Shown here piece after piece: positions 21,815 to 30,964 of a DNA stretch of 64,000 bases. Each line of letters starts with the position of its first letter. Position 1 is the stretch's first letter. The stretch comes from Pachysolen tannophilus NRRL Y-2460 (taxonomy: Eukaryota): NCBI GenBank assembly GCA_001661245.1, contig KV454012.1, positions 1,662,418 to 1,726,417 on the forward strand, given 5' to 3'. Below the pieces are notes generated by a model. The model was given only the letters and a program-made list of their open reading frames with translations, was not told the DNA's origin and ran no database searches. The translations under genes were made by a program, and so were the position numbers.

Positions 21815-23635
21815 ATGGGGATCAACTATTATGGGACTAAAGCTCAAGATGATGAGCTTAAAAATTACGATTTTAGTCCATATACAAAGAAAAGCAGAAT
21901 AATTTATTCAAATAGATTCAAAGTTCAAGCTGTTCCTGGAAAAGCACTCAAGTTTTATTATCTTGTGATGCTTCTTGCCATAACTCTGTTGTTTTATTTT
22001 TTGTTATTTGGTACAGTCTTAGTTGATGGTGGTATTTTTATGCAGCTTGAAACTAGTCAAATAAAAACATCACCAGAATTATTCGTTGAACTAAATGAAA
22101 AATATTTTAATCAAACATTTGAATTTGACAACAGTGATAAATATAATCCTCATTTTATAGAGAAAAAGATAAAGACAACGGAAGAAGAGCAACGTTTTGA
22201 TCCATTGTTATATCAACCTAAAATGATAATGTCCTATCGTACTCTTGCTGCATTGAACAATACAATGCTGCAAAGTAATGATATAAACACTACTTTGGAA
22301 TTAAACCCCCAATTATTTCAAGCTAAACTTATTCTTCAAACAAACTTCTTGGAGCAAAAATGGTCACATGGTATAAACAATTATACTTTGACCTTATTGA
22401 GTAACAATGATAATAAAAAGATTCAAGAAAATAATTCTGATATTGATTTAAGAACTCAATTTTTTCATCCGGCAAAAACACATAGTTCTACAATTCAAAG
22501 TTTCTTGGAAACTGAAGAAGCTCAAGAGGCAAACCTTACTTTGGATTATTTTAGAAAAAATAGTTATTACAAAAATACTGAAACAGAGGATGGAACAATG
22601 GAAATGGTTAGATATTGTAATATTTCAACTCCTTATCATAATGTCATCAAATCTGTATCTTGGCCAATAGATGTTACTACTAACTGGGATATTGGTGATA
22701 CTCTTGATGATGAATTAGAAACCGACTTCTTTCAAAATTTGACTAATGCAGTTGTATTCATGAACAATTCAAAAAGGTTCATAACCGAAAAGAAAACATT
22801 TGTGGATTATGAAACAGCAGTTGAAAAAGTATTAAAATATTCAATTGAAAAAATAATGAAAATTAACAGAACTTGTAATATTTTTTACTGCATTTACTTC
22901 CCATTAGCTTTAATGGTACCCATTTATTTAATGATTAATGATTACCTATTTTTAAAATTCAATAGTGAAGAGTATTTAAAAATAGTGAAGGTGATTTTGA
23001 AGATTCTGGTAGTCTATGAATTTTTAATAGGTATTACAGATATAGTGATATATGTTTTCCATATTACTTCTTTAACATGTGTTATATCACACATACCGGA
23101 ATTCTTGGAATATTCGAAAGAATTAAAAAATTTATTTCCACAAATATTTATTGGTTCGAAGTTTGGACTTGCTTCAAATCTTTTAGTTAACAAATCCCTG
23201 TCTCATTGTCTAATATTAGCCATTATTGGGTTTTCAATCGTGGAAGCAATTGCCACGATAAACCAAATCGATGATGAAAACCATTTAAATGCTGCATTGG
23301 TTCATAAGTTTGAAGAGTTTAAATTAGATCCAGTTGAATTGAAGCACAAGCATGATGCTGAGAAATATAAGATAATTGAAAAAATATACATGGAATTTTG
23401 GTATCTTGATCATGGTCTTCTAAATGAGTTTGATAAAGACTTTGTGAACGAATGGTTGTTGGCTAAAAAAAATTTTTATTTCTACGGTAAATGCTTTATG
23501 AATTACATGGGAAAGAAAAAGGGCGAAGAGAAATTTATGTATGAATTGTTTAAGGATATAAAAGAAGTTGGAAATGACTTGATAGAACATGTTTCTGATG
23601 ACTGTGATTTTATTAAAAAAAAGTTGAACATTTAA
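21815..23635 (+). CDS. Uncharacterised membrane glycoprotein with 1+3 TM topology (possibly a diverged SUR7/PalI-type tetraspanner)
   Basis: 606-aa ORF: one N-terminal TM, a large loop with many N-x-S/T sequons, then three hydrophobic segments. The family call is inference only. Confidence 0.6.
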   Translation: MGINYYGTKAQDDELKNYDFSPYTKKSRIIYSNRFKVQAVPGKALKFYYLVMLLAITLLFYFLLFGTVLVDGGIFMQLETSQIKTSPELFVELNEKYFNQTFEFDNSDKYNPHFIEKKIKTTEEEQRFDPLLYQPKMIMSYRTLAALNNTMLQSNDINTTLELNPQLFQAKLILQTNFLEQKWSHGINNYTLTLLSNNDNKKIQENNSDIDLRTQFFHPAKTHSSTIQSFLETEEAQEANLTLDYFRKNSYYKNTETEDGTMEMVRYCNISTPYHNVIKSVSWPIDVTTNWDIGDTLDDELETDFFQNLTNAVVFMNNSKRFITEKKTFVDYETAVEKVLKYSIEKIMKINRTCNIFYCIYFPLALMVPIYLMINDYLFLKFNSEEYLKIVKVILKILVVYEFLIGITDIVIYVFHITSLTCVISHIPEFLEYSKELKNLFPQIFIGSKFGLASNLLVNKSLSHCLILAIIGFSIVEAIATINQIDDENHLNAALVHKFEEFKLDPVELKHKHDAEKYKIIEKIYMEFWYLDHGLLNEFDKDFVNEWLLAKKNFYFYGKCFMNYMGKKKGEEKFMYELFKDIKEVGNDLIEHVSDDCDFIKKKLNI

Positions 23636-23766
23636 AAAAAAAAAAAAAAAAAAAAAAATAGAATCTTTTATTTTTTTAATTTATATTTTTTTTAAAAGTG
23701 TCAGGTTATAATATTAATAATATACGTATATGCATTTCATTAATTCAATTAAATTAAAATTATTTC

Positions 23767-26379
23767 TTAAATTTCCCAAAGTGCTCTTAGTCTTTTATTT
23801 TTCATCATTGGTTGAGATATAAAGACCCCAACGCATAAAACTAATATAGTACCAATTAACTTTAATTTGTCGAATCCATTCCCCAATAAATCAAATTGTA
23901 AAGAAGGTTGAATCCTGGTGCAGTATATATCATAATCAACGGAGCACACAATGGAAGTTGATTCTAGATTCGTAGGAGTAGAAACGAGTTCCTCAAAAGA
24001 TTTATCGATGTTTTCAATAATCATCAAATTCCTCAAATTCGTTACAGCAGCTTGGTCATAGAAAGGAATTACTGGATTATAACTCATCATCATAAATTCT
24101 TGTTTTTCAGTAGCTGTTAAATCTCTATTCATATCAACTCTTCTACTATTTAATAGAAATTTTGGAATAGATACAATTTGTCCGTTGTATAATAACAGTA
24201 GTATAGCTTTTGTCGTAACGCCAAATCTCGTTCTTGAGACAATCAAACTCTTGATTTTCTCAGGAAAGATAAATGACTTTGTCGAGATCTCAGGAAGTAT
24301 CGTTTCGTTAAAACTAGATAAAAGTCGACCTTCTTCTGAATATCTAACATTTGGAGTTAACGATTCAAACATATCAATGACAACAATCTTTTGATCTGGT
24401 GTTGGAAGTAAACTGAAGTAACTGTAGATAATAAAGTTTTCATCATAGATGACGTTGATATTAAATTCTTCTTTATGTATTTCTTCGTTTTCATGATTAT
24501 TTGTGAAAAGAAATTCCCCAGTTAGAATATTAATCAAATTAATAGATAATGACTTTTCTTTATGATTATAAATGGCTAAAGTTGCTAAATTTGGATATAA
24601 ATATTTGTATAAAACTTTCCCATCTCCTAAAACTATTCCAACTGAAGCAATGTTTTCATTTTTATTATCTTGCCTAGCAGTCAAAGAAACAATTTCTTCA
24701 AATGTTGAATCTATCTCGTATGACCAAGTTTTAACTTGTTCTGTACCTTTAATAATAGAGCCTTCTACAAGAGTATTATTGTTTTTCAACTCAATAATAT
24801 ACTCTGGTTCCAAAATTTGTTGAGTTTGATCAATTATTGTTAAATTCTGTTCATCTTTTAGCCTTAAATAAAATATATCATCTATTTTCATAATTTTTTC
24901 AATTTTTTTGTCAAAACGCTTTATTTCTGTAACTTTCCCATTTAAAGGATCAACTGTAGTAACTGTACTAGATGAAAACAAATAAATTAAATCATTGCTA
25001 CTTTCAACTTTGGAATAAACATCATCTAATTGCACTTTCCACAAAAGTTGATCATTGTTCAGATTTCTTTCTGTCCTGAATGCAAAAAGTTTATTATTTG
25101 AAGTCAAGATAATCAATTTCTTATTAAAGCCAAAATAATTTAGCTTTGAATTATCATCAAATTTGTCAACTTTATTTTGTTTTGAAAATAATTTCAACAA
25201 ATCACTTTTCAATCTATAAAAATATGCATTAATGAAAAATGAATTTTCTTCATGTTCAAGTTCTTTTGTAGCTACAGATAAATCTTCATGTTCAGAAATA
25301 ATTGTATAATCAGTGATATTTGATAATGACTCATCTCTGGACCAAACTAATTTATTATTTTCAAATAACTTAATTTCTTTATCAAAATATTCCAGTACAG
25401 TTAAAATCAAATCATTTTTCAATATAGTGGTCAATTTTTTCAAGTTTTTAAAATCAGGAATTGATCCATTTATTGTATTCAATTCCACACCTGTCTCAGC
25501 ATCGTATACATTAATTGTATTCCAATTATATAATATTATATTTGAATCGACAATATCATATTTCAAGTTATTACTAATATCAAGTTCAAAATTAATCAGA
25601 GATAATGATTTACAAATCAATGTCCCCACAGCTGAAGTTACAAAATTTGATTCATCAATAAGCGCTTCTACTTTTGCATGTATTGGTGATTTTGAACCAA
25701 ATTGATATAAATTCCTGTTATTTAACAATATTTTATTTCCAATTATTTGCTTAATAGCTGTACTTTCAAATACCGATTTTTTGATTGATATTAATTCTAA
25801 TTCTTGAGATAAAATTATTTCTTCATTACCACAAAATAAATGTAATTCTTCATTATTTAAAATTGAAATTTTAATATCATTATTATTATCTTCAAATTTC
25901 AACTCCTTTTCTTTAAAAATTTTTAAATTCTTGTCTAACATTATTACTCTATCATCTGAAATAACTAACAAGTTACCATTACCTAAATTGAATAAGTTTA
26001 AAATGATACCTGGTTGAACAATCTCTTTAACTAATAACCCATCAATTCCAAATATTTTTAATTTAAATCCACCTTGTACACGATTTAATCCCAAAACAAG
26101 ATAATTATCATTAAAATTAACTAAATTCAGTGCACCACTATTATTAATCTCCCCTGATAAATCATACCTCCATAATATACCTCTCTTGTCTAAACCAACA
26201 AACAATTTTGAATCTGTAACGGCGGTTATTATTTCATTATTAACGACAATAGGCCCATTGATAAAATTCCCCACTTGAGATTGTTGCCAATCAATTCTAA
26301 ACAACTCATCATCATAAATCGCATTAATAGGAATTATAACAAGCAGCACTAACAACAATATCGACAACCAACACTTCAT
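23767..26379 (-). CDS. EMC1: ER membrane protein complex subunit 1
   Basis: Signal peptide, WSRDESL, VLGDGKVLYKYLYPNL, T.FGVT.K, PTNLESTS, PS..FD.L and a C-terminal TM. Confidence 0.95.
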   Translation of the reverse strand: MKCWLSILLLVLLVIIPINAIYDDELFRIDWQQSQVGNFINGPIVVNNEIITAVTDSKLFVGLDKRGILWRYDLSGEINNSGALNLVNFNDNYLVLGLNRVQGGFKLKIFGIDGLLVKEIVQPGIILNLFNLGNGNLLVISDDRVIMLDKNLKIFKEKELKFEDNNNDIKISILNNEELHLFCGNEEIILSQELELISIKKSVFESTAIKQIIGNKILLNNRNLYQFGSKSPIHAKVEALIDESNFVTSAVGTLICKSLSLINFELDISNNLKYDIVDSNIILYNWNTINVYDAETGVELNTINGSIPDFKNLKKLTTILKNDLILTVLEYFDKEIKLFENNKLVWSRDESLSNITDYTIISEHEDLSVATKELEHEENSFFINAYFYRLKSDLLKLFSKQNKVDKFDDNSKLNYFGFNKKLIILTSNNKLFAFRTERNLNNDQLLWKVQLDDVYSKVESSNDLIYLFSSSTVTTVDPLNGKVTEIKRFDKKIEKIMKIDDIFYLRLKDEQNLTIIDQTQQILEPEYIIELKNNNTLVEGSIIKGTEQVKTWSYEIDSTFEEIVSLTARQDNKNENIASVGIVLGDGKVLYKYLYPNLATLAIYNHKEKSLSINLINILTGEFLFTNNHENEEIHKEEFNINVIYDENFIIYSYFSLLPTPDQKIVVIDMFESLTPNVRYSEEGRLLSSFNETILPEISTKSFIFPEKIKSLIVSRTRFGVTTKAILLLLYNGQIVSIPKFLLNSRRVDMNRDLTATEKQEFMMMSYNPVIPFYDQAAVTNLRNLMIIENIDKSFEELVSTPTNLESTSIVCSVDYDIYCTRIQPSLQFDLLGNGFDKLKLIGTILVLCVGVFISQPMMKNKRLRALWEI

Positions 26380-26618
26380 ACTGCCAAATTCCTTTCATTT
26401 GAATTAAATCAATATAATCTTTTAATTTTGAAGGTTAATTTTTAAAAATTGTCTTTTAATGTTCATTTTATAACTATTGATTCACTTTGACTACAGAAAC
26501 ACGACAATTAAACAACTACAATTTAAATGGTTTTAAGATGGATACTATAGATTAATATAGATATATATAGATATATATATATAGATGACAAGATTATGCT
26601 TTTGGGGTTTGAGTTTGG

Positions 26619-27374
26619 TCATTCTTCCTGTGCCGTTGTTGATTCTATTGCTTCTCTAACCATTTTCCATCTTGGTATGAATCTAAAGCTATAATCGACT
26701 TCATGCCATAGTTCTTCCCATGGATTGAAAAGATTATCCCATGCAAATTGTAAATCTTCATCTGTATCTAGATCTGTTGACAGGAGTTGTAATTCTGGTT
26801 TATCTGCCAAAGTATCAATTTTATTATTTAATTGTATTTTTTGTATTTCCAGTTTTAAAGAATTTTGAAATGCTACTGCTAATACAATCTCGGAAATTGT
26901 TAATTGCTTTGCAGTTTCCAGTTTTTCTATAAATTGATCCAATTTATTGACAAATTGTTTTCTATCCATCGGCTTATAATCTTTTGGTCCAAACCACCAA
27001 CTAACTTGTTCTCCTTTTGCTTCTGCTAAAATTCTTGCCTTACGACATTCTTCAGCATATGGATTATAATTATAATGTGATAATAATTCAAGTACAGAAA
27101 ATCCAGTAAAATATATTGAACTAGCAAGTCCAAAATATTTTCTAAATCTAACAGTCCAATACCTATTCTTGGTATTCCAATTTATTCTTGCAAATTTAAA
27201 CATGAGTAATCCAAGACCAAATTGAACTCCTGATAGTATAAGAATTGCTGTCTTATTATCCGGAGCAGGTACAAGTGGACCCCAAAAACCTAAACCAACC
27301 GTTGGTCTAGCATAAAAAATTGGGGTCTTATCCTTATCATTACTCTCATTCCCCTTTGGTAAATAAACTCCCAT
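26619..27374 (-). CDS. MGR1: i-AAA protease complex subunit Mgr1
   Basis: FYARPTVGLGFWGPLVPAPDN matches the Mgr1 signature; adjacent to EMC1 as in S. cerevisiae. First ATG at 27374. Confidence 0.88.
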   Translation of the reverse strand: MGVYLPKGNESNDKDKTPIFYARPTVGLGFWGPLVPAPDNKTAILILSGVQFGLGLLMFKFARINWNTKNRYWTVRFRKYFGLASSIYFTGFSVLELLSHYNYNPYAEECRKARILAEAKGEQVSWWFGPKDYKPMDRKQFVNKLDQFIEKLETAKQLTISEIVLAVAFQNSLKLEIQKIQLNNKIDTLADKPELQLLSTDLDTDEDLQFAWDNLFNPWEELWHEVDYSFRFIPRWKMVREAIESTTAQEE

Positions 27375-27565
27375 CTTATCCTTAGCTACCAATGGACAAA
27401 TAAACGAAAAATATCGATAATTCAGTGATTCTAATAAATAATGAAAAATTACAAAAATTACAAAAAATTACAAAAAATTATTAAAAGCAAAAAAATAAAA
27501 AAATAAGGAAAAAACAGTTTTTGGAAAGCTCAATTATATTTATATAATTAATATGATGATATTGA

Positions 27566-28699
27566 ATGACATTAATTAGAATCATAAATTCAAGACTTTG
27601 TTTAAGAATGTTTAGGTTTCGAATGTATCGAACAAGTTTTTTTGGAGCCAAAAGGGTTTTAAGTTATTCTTCAATACTGAAGAATAAGAATGGCGCATTT
27701 ATTACGGATAGCATTAGTATATTAGAGCAACAAACAAATTCACTTTTAAAAGATAATAAAAATTTAGAACAAGTTGAATTATCTCTTGATGTATTAAAAG
27801 CTTGTAAGATATTACAGGATAAAATATTATCATTTGATAAGTTTGATTCCAATGGAAAATTACAAGAATTACAAAAAATAAATTTAAAGATATTAAATAA
27901 TTCTAAAATTGATAAAAAATTTTTATCACAATATTGGTTATTAAGACCATATTTTGACGATTTAAAAAATTCAATTGAAATTTTTTATTTGCAAAATAAA
28001 AAACTGATAATTCCTAAAGAATTGGTTATGATACCGTTTAGAAATTTTTTAAAAAATGGTGACATTGATAATGCTATAAAATTACTTGATTTATCAGTTG
28101 CAAGTGATAGATATTTAAAATTTCAAAGAAATAAGACTACAAAATATTTGATTCAATATGCATTATCATGTTTTGGATTTATTGGATTAATTGAAATTTT
28201 AACAAGAATTTTTTTCACCGATGTTCAAAACATGGCTAAAATTTATGCAATGTTATTAGCATATATTGGTAATACATCTTTTTTAGCTACAATTGCATTT
28301 AGCGGTAAGAATTCCCAAACTGATCATTTGAGATTTGCCAATGGTACTTTTCAAAGGTATTGGTCTGAACATGCTGATGAATTGAATATGATATCAAAGA
28401 TTGTTGATGTGGATTTGAAAATAAATGATAAGCAAAATTCGGGATTTATTTCAAAAGAAATTTCAGATGAACTTGGCAAGAGAAATATCATCTATAAAGA
28501 ACCAGAACAAGAGATCATGTTAAGACAATATTGGCTAAGTGGAGGTGATGGCTTCGAATGGGTCGAACCAGATCAAGACCCAGCAGAGTTATTATGGGAC
28601 GAACATTTGAAAAACTTGAAACTGAAAAACTTGAGGCAAAGCTCACAAGAAGATATGCTAGAAATCACTGATCAGATCATCTCCAATAAGAAGAAATGA
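27566..28699 (+). CDS. Uncharacterised probable mitochondrial inner-membrane protein
   Basis: Arg-rich presequence-like start, two TM segments, and a conserved-looking C-terminal WLSGGDGFEWVEPDQDPAE motif. The start could be a downstream ATG. Confidence 0.7.
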   Translation: MTLIRIINSRLCLRMFRFRMYRTSFFGAKRVLSYSSILKNKNGAFITDSISILEQQTNSLLKDNKNLEQVELSLDVLKACKILQDKILSFDKFDSNGKLQELQKINLKILNNSKIDKKFLSQYWLLRPYFDDLKNSIEIFYLQNKKLIIPKELVMIPFRNFLKNGDIDNAIKLLDLSVASDRYLKFQRNKTTKYLIQYALSCFGFIGLIEILTRIFFTDVQNMAKIYAMLLAYIGNTSFLATIAFSGKNSQTDHLRFANGTFQRYWSEHADELNMISKIVDVDLKINDKQNSGFISKEISDELGKRNIIYKEPEQEIMLRQYWLSGGDGFEWVEPDQDPAELLWDEHLKNLKLKNLRQSSQEDMLEITDQIISNKKK

Positions 28700-29000
28700 A
28701 TACTTGAAGTTGTCAATTGGCTCCAAAAAAGTACTTTTTTTTTTTTTTTATAATTCCAACTCCATTTGATTCCTGATTACTGATTCCTCCTACACTATTA
28801 TTTATTTATTTACTCTACTAATTTATTTATTTATTTATTTAATATTTATTCACCATTTCACTCTTAATTGCCCAAATTGACCAATTGTCTATTCATTTCT
28901 AGTATACTGAAACATCTTATCAGAAACGAGTCGCTAAGTATTAAATAAAGTCTTTAAAGCTAAAAAGCTTTTAAGCCGCAATGAAAAATACCGTTTTTTT

Positions 29001-29010
29001 TTTTGTGTTA
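29001..29010 (-). promoter_or_regulatory. Candidate Ndt80 middle sporulation element
   Basis: TAACACAAAA on the minus strand, and CACACAAAG at about 29104, upstream of an SPS2/SPS22-like gene. Confidence 0.45.
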
Positions 29011-29265
29011 ATATGCGAGATTGTATGCATGATCTGTATTTGTACCATTTTTTTTTTATTTTATATCACACTTGGGTAACCAAGACTATACTAATTGATG
29101 TTCCACACAAAGCAAGGCTCTCCAGAAGCCATTTAGTTGTTGATTGGGTCTTAATTTTTCTTTATTTTTTTTTTATTTTTTTTTTTCTTATTTTTTAGTT
29201 TGTTTTCACCTTTTTTTTTGAAGATTAAGTTTAGTGAGGATAGTTGAGGAGAAACCCATTCAGCA

Positions 29266-30660
29266 ATGAGATTGAACAGTTTTAAATTTGTAGTATTGTT
29301 GACCTGGGTTGCAAATGTTTTGAAATTTGCAACTTGTCTTCTGGCATTAGATTCTGATGCTAAGGCCTTGATTGAGGAGATTTCTTCAAGAGGTAGAGGT
29401 GACAAGCCAGATTCTATAAAGCATACTGATGGTAAACAACAGCAACAACTGTTGAAACCAGATACCGATTCTTATTTTGTTCAAGAAGAGATTCCTGAAC
29501 ATTGTTCGAAAGACCATTATTATATTAATAGTTCTGCTGATTTGAGTGAAATTGCAGATTGTGAAACTATTTCTGGTACGATTTCGATCACTGATTATGA
29601 AGGTTCATTTCTTAACTTGGGTGATATTAAACATATTCGTGGAAGTTTAATTATTAAAAATGCACATAATTTGGTTAGAATCGAAGGTATTGCAGTTCAA
29701 AACATTGCATCAGCTATGTGGCTTCAAGAGTTGACATCGTTAACTTCATTATATTTCCCATCATTAGTTACAGTTAATGAGATTTATTGGAAAGTTCTTC
29801 CTATTTTGACAACAGTTAGTTTTGATACAGGTATTCAAAATGTTAATCGTATTACTGTTTCTGATACATCTTTAACTGGATTTTCTGGATTTGATGTTGA
29901 AAAATTGGAAAAATTGGATGTTAATAATAATAGATTCTTGGAAAGTGTTGATTCACAAGTTAAAAAAGTTTCTGAAGAATTAAGTATTGCAGCAAATGCC
30001 AAAAATGTAGTTGTTAAATTCCCACAATTAACTTGGGCAAATAACATTACAGTTCGTGATGTTTCTTCATTGGATATTGGATCTTTAGAAGAAGTTGAAG
30101 CATCTATTGGTTTTATTGATAATCTTTTTTCTTCATTAAAAGCACCAAAATTGAAAAATGTTGGTGGTACTTTAATGATTAGTGAAAATGAAATCTTATC
30201 TGATGTTCAATTTCCAAATTTAACTCAAATCGGTGGTGGTTTGATGATTGTTAATAATACTGAAATTGATAAAATCAATTTTTTCCCAAATTTACAAGCT
30301 ATTGGAGGAGCTATAAAGTTTTCAGGAGATTTTAAAGATTTTTCATTCTCTAAATTGAGATTGGTCAAAGGTTCTGCTTCGATTAAGACTACTTCGGATA
30401 ATTTCGATTGTTCAAGGTGGATGAGAACCGATGCAACAGCTTTTGTAAGAGGCGGTAAAATCGAATGTGCCGCTGCCGCAAGAACTTCAGAAACAATACA
30501 TGTTGATAAAGATGGTATTGTTACAGGAAGTATCAGCGGTAAAGAATCTGGCATCGGCTCTTCAAGTAGTGATGCTTCCGAAAGTATTTGTCGTCCGGCA
30601 ACTTTTATCTTGCTCTCTGTGCTAACTTTGAACTTTTTCTATCTATTAGCTGAGTGGTAA
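29266..30660 (+). CDS. SPS22: SPS2/SPS22 (Ecm33-family, receptor-L-domain) GPI cell/spore-wall protein
   Basis: Signal peptide, L-domain repeats, W.VLPIL, I.VSDTSL, LDVNNNRFL, RGGKIEC and a hydrophobic GPI tail. Syntenic with URC2, FPR2 and POF1. Confidence 0.85.
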   Translation: MRLNSFKFVVLLTWVANVLKFATCLLALDSDAKALIEEISSRGRGDKPDSIKHTDGKQQQQLLKPDTDSYFVQEEIPEHCSKDHYYINSSADLSEIADCETISGTISITDYEGSFLNLGDIKHIRGSLIIKNAHNLVRIEGIAVQNIASAMWLQELTSLTSLYFPSLVTVNEIYWKVLPILTTVSFDTGIQNVNRITVSDTSLTGFSGFDVEKLEKLDVNNNRFLESVDSQVKKVSEELSIAANAKNVVVKFPQLTWANNITVRDVSSLDIGSLEEVEASIGFIDNLFSSLKAPKLKNVGGTLMISENEILSDVQFPNLTQIGGGLMIVNNTEIDKINFFPNLQAIGGAIKFSGDFKDFSFSKLRLVKGSASIKTTSDNFDCSRWMRTDATAFVRGGKIECAAAARTSETIHVDKDGIVTGSISGKESGIGSSSSDASESICRPATFILLSVLTLNFFYLLAEW

Positions 30661-30964
30661 TTTATTTCTCTTCTTTTCATTTTCCATAGTTATATCTTCT
30701 ATATATACTATATATGACAAGTAAATCAATTATATATATACTCATGGCTTAAACTTGATTCGATATTTTTGATAAAATTATTTTCTGTTTCCATTTTTTC
30801 ATATAGTTAATCACCGAGACCGTTGATTTTCGGCGTAGATAAATTATTTCTGTTATCAACATGTTTTCCTAATCAAAATACATTTGAAAAATAATCATAT
30901 ATAAAATAGAGAATTATTGGTTGGCCGAAGAAGTAAGTTTTATTTCTTTTCTTTTTCTTTCATT

